64,000 nucleotides of DNA from Candidatus Hydrogenedentota bacterium (lineage in GTDB: Bacteria > Hydrogenedentota > Hydrogenedentia > Hydrogenedentales > SLHB01), in NCBI GenBank assembly GCA_963745075.1, contig CAVUWV010000010.1, forward strand, positions 239,544-303,543, read 5' to 3'. Shown here in pieces: positions 28,277-36,656 of this stretch. The notes under the pieces are model-generated. The model had not been told where the DNA came from. It ran no database searches and saw only the letters and a list, made by a program, of their open reading frames with translations. Numbering within the stretch: the stretch's first letter is position 1; each line of letters starts with the position of its first letter. The translations under genes and the position numbers were made by a program.

Positions 28277-29975
28277 AAAGACAAATGGACGGGATTCTTC
28301 GTTCCCATGTTAGCGATTCGATCTTGATCACGCTATTTGGGGGTCGTGAAGTTGGTCGATGGGTGCCGATCTTTATTGATAGGTTTGTATCGTGCAGGAT
28401 TCTCCGTTTCTTTTCGCTCTTTTTTTCTTATGCGGTGGCCGCTGTTAGATTCATCGGCTGCCATATCCCGATGAGAAGACATAGATTATGAGTCAGTTGA
28501 TGCCATTTCAGTTCGGCTTGCGCGCCTGTTAGGCCCCAGGTTCGGCATCGTGTCCAACCGAGCAGGCCTTTGATGCGTGCGAATACGCCTTCCACGACAC
28601 ACCATCGCGCTGTTTTCATTCGATGGCCTTCGGGGGTCTCCAGGCGCTGTGCCAGTTCGTTCAGCAATTCCACCTGTACGGGCCGGTTGACGCTGCGTCC
28701 TTGTTTGGTGTGGGGACAGCACTGCGGTTTGTTCGGACACGCGTGGCAATCGGCTTGGGGCGCTTGGTAGACCACCGAGGTTTTGTCGTTGTTCAGTTTG
28801 CGTCGCCGCAACGTTTGTCCCGCGGGACAGCGCATGGTGTCCGTGTCGGCCTCGTACTCGAAGGCGCCGGCGACAAACTCTTCACTGATATCTTTGGGCT
28901 TTCGATTCTTTGCCCGGTCTTCGGGAACAAAACAGCGAATGCCGTTTTCTTCCAGGTCGGCCAACTGCTTGCGATTGTGGTAGCCCGAATCTGCCGCCGC
29001 CGATTGAATCATGACGGCGCCCTCCCCCAAAGCCGCATCCAATGCCTGTTGCGCTTGTTTAAGTTGCGGCGCCAACTGGCCCTCGTCGTTGCCTTGTTGA
29101 ACGATCTCAGCGTGAACGATGACCCCCGAATCCAAGTCGGCGGTGACCTGGACATTGTGCGCGGGGCCAAAGCCTCCGCCTTTGAGCTTTTTGCGGTCGG
29201 CCTCCGGTTCGCTCACCGTAATGCAGTCCTCCGCTTCGGTCCGGCCCAAGATATCCATTTCCTCCAGCGCGCGCTCCAAGCGATTCAACTTCTGCTCCAG
29301 GGACTTGGCCGTCTTCTCCTCCGGCCCGTCCACCTCGTCGAGCTTTTGCCGAATGACCTCCTTCAAGCGGTCCCGTTGCTTCTCCATTCGCCTGCGGCTA
29401 CGCACCGCCCGGCATCACGCGCAGCGCGTGACTCGGATCACCGAACCATCTACCCCCATGGACTCGCCCGGCAACAGATTGCCTCGGCCCAAGGCTGCCA
29501 GCACCTGCGTACTCAGGTCGGTCAACGCCTCCGTATGCTTCGTGCGAAAATCGCACAGCGTACTCTTCTTGACCGGCGCGTCTCCCAGCAACCAGCGAAA
29601 CTCAAGGTCTCTCTTGCACTGCCGCGCCAATTCAAGCGACGACATACTCCCTCGAAGCAGCGACAGGATCCATACCGCGGCCAAGCGGCGCGGCCCCAAG
29701 GCCGGACGCCCCGTCTCATCATTCTTGTACGCCGCCTCGAAGGCGCCAAAGTCCAACTGTTCCAGCGCCGCCCAGACCAGCCGCCCCACCGAATTGCTTG
29801 GCAACAAACTCTCCAGCGAACCCGACACATACAGAGCTTGCGCCCGATTGTCGCTTATATAACGTGGCATGATGTCGCTCCCCTCACTCGTCCTGTCCAA
29901 ATCGTCGCGCGTATGTATCAAACAAATCGCGCTTTGTCCAGAACTTCGTGGGGTAAACACTTTTTGGAAGGCCCC
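28265..29975 (-). mobile_element. IS1182-like (IS5-related) insertion sequence, 1711 bp
   Basis: 16-bp terminal inverted repeats GGGGCCTTCCAAAAAG (28265-28280; reverse complement at 29960-29975). A DDE transposase is encoded on the minus strand. No flanking direct repeat was seen. Confidence 0.85.
28428..29870 (-). pseudogene. IS1182-family transposase interrupted by one in-frame TGA (29415-29417)
   Basis: ORFs 29415-29870 (MPRYISDNRAQALYV...GVDGSVIRVTRCA) and 28428-29405 are in the same frame and separated only by TGA-TGC-CGG-GCG. The C-terminal part has IS1182-type blocks (AADSGYH, CPAGQ..., CxxCP...C). Confidence 0.8.
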
Positions 29976-30069
29976 GAAAGCGGGGGTCCATCTTCAAATT
30001 GATTGGGCGAAATCCGATGCGCATCTGTTATACGATGACCTCACTTGACCTCGAGACCGGAGAATAGCG

Positions 30070-31431
30070 ATGTCCATCTGCACACTTGGAATCATCGGTC
30101 TGGTTTCCGCCATACCCGGTGTTGCTTCCGCCGCCGGCTTCGCCATGACCAACGAAGTCTCCCTCATCGACTACGGAGGCATCCCTTTCGTCTACGATCT
30201 CGATGGCGCGCCCGGCGCGGAAATCCTCTGGCTCCAGTCGCCGGGCATTTTCCACAGCCACGTCTTTGACGACGGACCTTGGAACGGGCGCATCCGCGAA
30301 GACGAACGTACCCACTTCTGCCTCACCGCGACTACGTCCAGTGGCAAGATCCTCTGGCAGATCGGATCGCCGTGGAACGGCGACCGGCCGTTCATCACCC
30401 ATTGCGGTGAACGGGGATTGGACTGCGCCGACCTCGACGGGGATGGCGCACCGGAGATCGTTTGCGTGCGCAATGACGATATTGTGTTAATTGATGGCCG
30501 AAGCGGCGCAATCGAAAAGTCCGTGACGGCACCCGCCGACAACGCCCAGATCGTTCGCATCGCACACACTGGTCCCACGGATTGGACGATCCTCGCCAAG
30601 AACTCCGAGTCCGTCCTATCCGCCCTACGAATACGCGAATCCGTGCTGGTTCTACGATGCGGGACTTAAACCTGGTGAAGACCGCCGAAATTCACGGCGG
30701 CGGGCATGCGCCCATGGTCTACGACATCGACGGCGATGGGCTCGACGAATTTCTCATCGGCTACAACGCGATCGACGGCGATCTCAAAACGGTGTGGACC
30801 TATCGTGCGGTTCCCGATTCCGAGTGGGACGCCGCCGAGATGCACGTTGACACGATTGCCGTAGGTAAAGTCGCCGACCGGTTGAGCGTGGCCTTAGCTG
30901 CCAGCGATCAACAATATCTACTCGACGCGAAGACGGGCGATCTGCTGTGGAGTCACGAAGGCACGCACCCGCAGGCCTGCGCCATAGGGCATTTCCTGCC
31001 CGGCACGAAAGACGCGCAAGTCGTCCTGCACAATAAGCGCGCCGACCTCCAACTTTTTGACGCCAATGGCCAGGAAATCTGGCGCATGACGCCGCCCGAA
31101 AACTTTCCGTTGGGCAAAGCCGAACCGTGCAAGCGCCAAGCCTTCCACACCTTCAGCCCTATCACTGTTCTGCGCGGAGCGGGGGAGAAGGGCGTCGACC
31201 TTATCGTATTTTCTGACGAGGGCTGGCCCTACGTGATTGGAAGCGACGGCACGCCGCACCCTCGATTTTCCGTACACGCCGAACGCAGCCCAGGACTGGG
31301 GCGACGTCCCTGGCCGCCCCGACGACTATGGCTACGGCTTCTACGTCCGCGTCAACGATTTTGACGGCGACGGAGAAGACGAAGTCATGATCAGCGACCG
31401 CCGCTTTGCGTGGTTCTACGGTGTAGACTGA
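30070..31431 (+). pseudogene. FG-GAP/VCBS-like repeat beta-propeller protein; three frame breaks
   Basis: Signal MSICTLGIIGLVSAIPGVASA. Ca-binding-like repeats DLDGDGAPEIV, DIDGDGLDEFLIG, NDFDGDGEDEVMI. Frame path is 30070 frame, then a short third frame (YPPYEYANPCWFYDAG), then the 30582 frame, then the 31237 frame. Breaks lie at ~30606-30616, ~30665-30670 and ~31257-31261. Confidence 0.75.
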
Positions 31432-31451
31432 CCTGACGCTTCGATGATCGG

Positions 31452-32519
31452 TTATTTGAGCGGTTTGCTCGTCAACAGCCCGACGCCGCGCCCCTTGTCG
31501 CCGACCGCGCAGTAGTACATGTAAAACGTATCGTTGGCCGCGTTATACACGAGCGAGATTTTATGCGCGTACTTCGCGTCCAACCCACCCGGATGTCCGC
31601 CCGCTTTGTATAGCGGCTCGTCGTCCTTGGTCCAGTGCAGCAGGTCCCGTGAATACGCGGCCATGATGTGCGCCCCGCCGTTGCCGACACCGAAGTAGAG
31701 CATGACCCAATGGTCGCCGTCGCGGTAAACCTTCCCGTCAGAACAGAACTTTTCGTCATAGGACCCTGGGCCGCCATTGCGCACGACAGGATTCTCTTCG
31801 TAGCGTTGCCAGTGGACGAGATCGGTCGAGGTGGCTACACCCATCTGCTCGGTCGATTCGTTGGCGGCGTTATAGAAATCCCAGAATTTTCCGTCGTGTT
31901 CCAGCAGCCAGGGCTGGTAAATGCAGTCCTTTTCCCATTCCTTCGCGCCTTCGATGGACAAGGTCGGCGTATCCTCGGACTGGCGATGCCACGTCTTCCC
32001 GTCATCGCTCCAGGCGAGCCCTTCCGCGCCGGGCCGCAACTCGTACCCCCCCTGCCGCGGGTAACAGCCGTACAGCACCCAGTACTTGCCCTGCCAGCGC
32101 TTGGGCACGCGCGACGCCTTCAGGTCGTAGCTTTCCAGCAACAGACCACCGAACGTCACGCCGCCGTAGTCGTAAGCGCCGGGCTTGCCGTAGCCCATCG
32201 CCAATCCCTGGGGCTTCCAATGCACGAGATCCGTGCTGGTCGCCAGGGCCGTCTGGTAGCCCGTGCCGTCAAAACCCGTGAACCACATCTGCCACGTATC
32301 GCCCAACTTCCACACCAGCGGACAGTCCGTCATCTGAAACCCGAGTTCCTCGGCCGGATTCGGCGGCAGCACGTAGTCGGGATAGTAATGCCATCCGCGG
32401 AATGCCTCGGACCACGTTTTTACGGTTTCATTCGGGATGGCGTTGGCGTCCTGCGCACTGGCGGCAAAACACAGGAAGACAACAAACAGGATGTACAGGG
32501 CGCGGCCGACTGCGCTCAT
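31452..32519 (-). CDS. secreted five-bladed beta-propeller glycosidase-like protein (GH43/GH130-like)
   Basis: 355 aa, intact, with signal MSAVGRALYILFVVFLCFAASAQ. Repeated W..DG..W / STDLVHW blades. Confidence 0.7.
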   Translation of the reverse strand: MSAVGRALYILFVVFLCFAASAQDANAIPNETVKTWSEAFRGWHYYPDYVLPPNPAEELGFQMTDCPLVWKLGDTWQMWFTGFDGTGYQTALATSTDLVHWKPQGLAMGYGKPGAYDYGGVTFGGLLLESYDLKASRVPKRWQGKYWVLYGCYPRQGGYELRPGAEGLAWSDDGKTWHRQSEDTPTLSIEGAKEWEKDCIYQPWLLEHDGKFWDFYNAANESTEQMGVATSTDLVHWQRYEENPVVRNGGPGSYDEKFCSDGKVYRDGDHWVMLYFGVGNGGAHIMAAYSRDLLHWTKDDEPLYKAGGHPGGLDAKYAHKISLVYNAANDTFYMYYCAVGDKGRGVGLLTSKPLK

Positions 32520-32663
32520 GACGCACTAACACCTTTCGATAAAGATAGGTTCGGATTGCTGAAAGCAAGCATAGCATGCCATGGCCACGCGATGAATTGA
32601 CGGGCTCGGGCGACTGTGCCATGCTCTGAAGCCAAACGGAAGAACCGTTCGATTGGAGATGCG

Positions 32664-33629
32664 ATGAACGCTCGGATTCAGATTCGGCTGCTCTTGGCGA
32701 CCCTACTCTGCGCGGCGGCGGCCATCGCTGCGGGCGCGAGTTCCCCGCAGGATGTTGTTCGCGTCATGACCTACAACGTCCAGTTCCTTCCCGGCCCGGC
32801 CTCCTCGCAAGACAAACGGCCCGAACCCGAGTATCGGGCACGCCGGATCGCCGACGAGGCCGCCAACTTTGACGTGGTCGCGCTCGAAGAAACCTTTGAT
32901 GAAGGGTGCCGGAAGATTATCCTCGATACGCTGCGCGAAAAATGGGACGGACAGCTCAACGTGGTGATCAGTCCGAAGCCCGACGGATTCTTCACCAACG
33001 GCGGCTGCCTCATCGCGACGCGGCTCCCCATCATCGAATTCGATGCCGTCGTGTACAAACACTTCAGCAGCCCCGCGGACTACGGGTTTCGCGCCGACGG
33101 CTTTGCGGCCAAGGGTGTCATCTTCGCCCGGATCGCGCGAAGCAAGGATGATTTGAAGGAATGTATTGACGTTTTCGCGACCCATCTGGAGGCACGCGCC
33201 GACGAACTTCGTCCCGAGCAGTACAAGGAAATGGCGGCGTTCATTAAAGCGAAGAGCGATCCCGCCAATCCCCTGCTCCTGATGGGCGACTTCAACACGC
33301 GCGGTGACCTCGAATATCGAAACGATCCTAATTCCCAATACAGTCAATTGTTCGCCGCTTTGAATTCGGTCCGTCCCGTCACGGATGTATGGCCCGCGCT
33401 GCACGGCGACGCCCTCGGCGGCACCACGGAACAGGAGTCCGACGAAATCGGCCATCGCATTGACTACGTCATCGTCGGAAGTCAGCAAGACGATCATCCT
33501 GCGTTGAAGCCCATGCTGATCCAAGTGAACGCCTATCGGGACGACCGAGTCTACGCACTGTCGGATCACAACGCGGTTGAGGCTGAACTGGATTGGGCGG
33601 ATGTTGCCGGCGAATCCGGTACAAAGTAA
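32664..33629 (+). CDS. secreted endonuclease/exonuclease/phosphatase (EEP) family protein, sphingomyelinase-like
   Basis: Signal MNARIQIRLLLATLLCAAAAIAA. VMTYNVQFL, VALEETF, LLMGDFN, LSDHNAVEAEL. Confidence 0.8.
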   Translation: MNARIQIRLLLATLLCAAAAIAAGASSPQDVVRVMTYNVQFLPGPASSQDKRPEPEYRARRIADEAANFDVVALEETFDEGCRKIILDTLREKWDGQLNVVISPKPDGFFTNGGCLIATRLPIIEFDAVVYKHFSSPADYGFRADGFAAKGVIFARIARSKDDLKECIDVFATHLEARADELRPEQYKEMAAFIKAKSDPANPLLLMGDFNTRGDLEYRNDPNSQYSQLFAALNSVRPVTDVWPALHGDALGGTTEQESDEIGHRIDYVIVGSQQDDHPALKPMLIQVNAYRDDRVYALSDHNAVEAELDWADVAGESGTK

Positions 33630-33691
33630 CTCGGCCACGGGATCATGCACGTCGAAGGAATCACGCCGGGATGACTTCACTCGAGAGCCGC

Positions 33692-33892
33692 AAGATGGGT
33701 CCCCGCGTTCGCGAGGATGACGGTTTGGGGCGGTGTGCAGGTTTGGGTTTATCCTTGCGCAGCTCCCGGTGTGCGACAGAACCACTTCGCAACAAGCGGG
33801 TAGGACTACACAATGATACAAAGTCTTACATCAAAGCCCGTAACCTTGCACAAACCCACACCGTCATCCTCGCGAACGCGGGGACCCATCTT
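33692..33892. mobile_element. MITE-like element, family C (201 bp, 33-bp perfect terminal inverted repeats)
   Basis: AAGATGGGTCCCCGCGTTCGCGAGGATGACGGT at 33692-33724, with its reverse complement at 33860-33892. A degenerate solo end lies at ~33958-33988. The same end is found interrupted at 25666-25685/26084-26115. Confidence 0.8.
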
Positions 33893-34026
33893 CAGTAGGA
33901 CTACACAACAACAAAGGAGTTCACATTGAAGCGACGAATCCCACACAACTCCACTCCGCCACTCCCGCGAACGCGGGAATGTATCTTGCCCGGTCTTCGT
34001 GATGCCACCTGGTTCAAAATCCAGTC

Positions 34027-35565
34027 ATGGATGTACGCGCCGCACTTGTGGAGTACGCGACGGTGAGTGGCGTCGAGCCGGAGGTTACGGAGACCGCGAC
34101 GGCCCGACAAGCTCGTTGGGTGTATCTTGCGGTGCTCGCCGTCATTCTCGTAATCGGCTTTGCGCTTCGCACGTACCGGCTTGACGACGAATGCATGTGG
34201 GTCGACGAGAGCGTCAGTTATCCCTACCTCCACCTGCCGACCTTAAGCGCGTTTCTGAGCGAAGTCCCCGTCCACGATCCCGTCATGTCGCCCCTGTACT
34301 TCACGTTGGAATACTACTGGGCGCGGGTCGCGGGCGATTCCATCATTGCCGTGCGCTGGCTTTCCATTCTCTTCGGCCTCGCGTCCATCGCGCTGATCTA
34401 CGCATTGGGGACGTTAATCTACAATCGTCGCGCCGGGCTCATCGCCGCGCTCTGCACCGCGCTGGCCATTCCGCACGTTTACTATTCGCAGGAGATCCGC
34501 ACGTATGCGCTGGTGCTCTGTCTCTCGCTCGCGTCCATGTACACGTTCGTGCGATTGTTGCGTGATTCGCAACGAGTCTGGTGGGTTCTACACGTCATCG
34601 GCAACGCCCTGCTTCTCGCGACCCACCTCTTTGGCGTATTGGTCATCTTCGTTCAAGGCGTCCACCTTCTCGCACTCTATGGAAGGCGTTGGCGGCTGTG
34701 GGGCGCCTGGGGCGCGGCGCAGGCCCTGTTATTGATCCCCTTCCTGATTCGCGTAAACCATCTTCGCGGTGATGCGCTCGACCATGCGATCGCGCAGATC
34801 CCTGTGCCCTCGCTACGCTGGTTGCTCAATACCTATTGCGTCTATTACGTCGGCGTTGAACCCTGGGGAGGACGTTTGCCCAGCGGGTACTGGCTCGTCG
34901 CTCCGGTTGTCACCTTGATTGTCTTGTCGTTCCTTTGGTCCTGGTTTGAGGACCTGCACGGCCGGAAAGTCAAACCGGTGCGACTGAACGTATTTGTGCT
35001 GCTGATGCTTTGGTACGTCCTGCCGCCCTTGGCCCTCTATCTCTTGTCTTTCGCAGTGACCCCGTGCTTTGTCGAACCCTACACGCTCTATTCGTCCTTC
35101 GCCCTATTTCTGATGTTGGGCGGGGTTCTGTCGGCGGTACGGCGGCCTTGGTGGACGGCGTTCGTGCTGTGCACCATAACCGCCGGTTACGCATGGGCAT
35201 GGTATGACGTCGCGCGTCCATTCCGCCTCGACTACCGCAACGCCGCCGTGCTGCTCGATGGCACGTCCCGTCCCGGCGAGCCCATCGTGGGTTGGAAAGA
35301 GGTAGGGTCGACCTTGTTGGATCCGTATTCACGCGTTCCGTTCGATGACCGGTTCGTCCATACGGATTCGGTCAAGGAGATCCTGCAAAAAGTGGAGGAA
35401 TTGGCGGGTCGGGGCGAGTCCTGTTGGGTCGTCGTGTACGACGGACCCGCCGGGGACCCCCGTCCGGACCTGGAATCCCAATTACGCAGGCGCGAATTCC
35501 GGTATCACCGAACCGAGATCGGAGGTCTTCGCACCCTCTACGTTTACCACATCACTCGCGGATGA
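34027..35565 (+). CDS. GT39/GT83-like (ArnT/PMT-type) membrane glycosyltransferase
   Basis: 512 aa with ~11 TM helices. N-terminal loop LDDECMWVDESVSY, then SPLYFTLEYYW, typical of dolichyl/undecaprenyl-phosphate sugar transferases. Confidence 0.7.
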   Translation: MDVRAALVEYATVSGVEPEVTETATARQARWVYLAVLAVILVIGFALRTYRLDDECMWVDESVSYPYLHLPTLSAFLSEVPVHDPVMSPLYFTLEYYWARVAGDSIIAVRWLSILFGLASIALIYALGTLIYNRRAGLIAALCTALAIPHVYYSQEIRTYALVLCLSLASMYTFVRLLRDSQRVWWVLHVIGNALLLATHLFGVLVIFVQGVHLLALYGRRWRLWGAWGAAQALLLIPFLIRVNHLRGDALDHAIAQIPVPSLRWLLNTYCVYYVGVEPWGGRLPSGYWLVAPVVTLIVLSFLWSWFEDLHGRKVKPVRLNVFVLLMLWYVLPPLALYLLSFAVTPCFVEPYTLYSSFALFLMLGGVLSAVRRPWWTAFVLCTITAGYAWAWYDVARPFRLDYRNAAVLLDGTSRPGEPIVGWKEVGSTLLDPYSRVPFDDRFVHTDSVKEILQKVEELAGRGESCWVVVYDGPAGDPRPDLESQLRRREFRYHRTEIGGLRTLYVYHITRG

Positions 35566-35779
35566 TTCCCGTATCGCCAATCCCCGTTGCCGATAGGATT
35601 GACACCGGTCGGTTTTCTATCGCGCAGTGTTCGAGCCTTGTCTATAAAAGCGGTTGAATTTCTCGCAGTGTCTCCAGTATTGTCATTTCGGCTCGGCTTG
35701 GATCCGATTCAAGGTGGTGGAGGCAAACGGAAAGTCTAACCTGTCGAGGGGACTGAACTGCGTGATCAATCAGCGAATC

Positions 35780-36628
35780 ATGCGCAAGTTGCTGTTGGTC
35801 GAGGATTTCCCTACGCTCCCGGAGGTGATGAACCAAATCCTCAGCACGGTGGAAAGCGAAGACTCGTCCGCCGAAGAACTCACGGCCGTAATCGAACAAG
35901 ACCACGCCATCTCCGTGCGCGTTCTGCGAATGGCCAATTCCGCGTTCTACGGATTGCGCAATCCCGTGGCGACCCTTCGTCTGGCGGTCGTCGTACTTGG
36001 GTTTAACCAGGTACGTCTCCTTGCGCTGGCTACGACCGTTTTTGATACGATGGCCAAGCGCCACCAATTCGCCATGGATCCCACGGACTTCTGGATGCAC
36101 TCCCTCGGTACTGCCAAGGCCGCTCAAATCCTGGCCCGCAACCGGTCCGCGACGGATTCGGTCGCCACGTGCTTTACGGCCGGCCTCATTCACGATGTGG
36201 GCAAATACATGTTGGCCCTGGCCCTGATGGACGAGTATCACGCCATTGTCCGGGAGGCCGAAGATGCCGCGTGTTCCCTGCGGCAGATCGAGCTGGAACG
36301 AATCGAAACGACCTCCTTCGAAGTCGGCGCCTGGCTCTGTGACAAGTGGCGGCTTCCCACAGCTATCGGTAAGACCATTCAGGCGATACCCCGGGCGGCA
36401 AGTTACGCGGGCGACGGAAAAGACGACGTGGTGACCGTGGCTCTTGCAGACCAGTTGGCCCGCGCCGCGGGCTTCGGGATGGCCGGCGACTGGGACGAAC
36501 CGAAATCCGATCCGCAACTGGCCGTCGCGCTCGGGCTGGATCCGGGGAGCATCCAGGCCGTGCTCGAAGAGATGCGTGGACTTCTCGCGGATACCCGGGA
36601 ATTTATCCAACACTTGGGGCAAAGTTAG
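35780..36628 (+). CDS. HDOD-domain signalling protein
   Basis: LPTLPEVMNQIL..., VIEQDHAISVRVLRMANSAFYG, HSLGTAKAA, AGLIHDVGKYML. The start is placed at MRKLLLVEDF. Confidence 0.85.
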   Translation: MRKLLLVEDFPTLPEVMNQILSTVESEDSSAEELTAVIEQDHAISVRVLRMANSAFYGLRNPVATLRLAVVVLGFNQVRLLALATTVFDTMAKRHQFAMDPTDFWMHSLGTAKAAQILARNRSATDSVATCFTAGLIHDVGKYMLALALMDEYHAIVREAEDAACSLRQIELERIETTSFEVGAWLCDKWRLPTAIGKTIQAIPRAASYAGDGKDDVVTVALADQLARAAGFGMAGDWDEPKSDPQLAVALGLDPGSIQAVLEEMRGLLADTREFIQHLGQS

Positions 36629-36656
36629 AGCGAGCAACGACAAGGACGCAGGAACC

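Noticed and set aside
29380-29420. The in-frame TGA of the transposase as a selenocysteine codon.
   Set aside because: No convincing SECIS-like hairpin lies immediately downstream, only a 4-bp stem. No sel genes are in the window, and selenocysteine would be without precedent for IS transposases. A nonsense mutation or read-through is more plausible.
36444-36656. N-terminal 71-codon extension of the histidine-kinase ORF overlapping the HDOD gene.
   Set aside because: The extension is Arg/Pro/Trp-rich and overlaps the well-supported 3' end of the HDOD gene. The GTG at 36657, just after the HDOD stop, is preferred.
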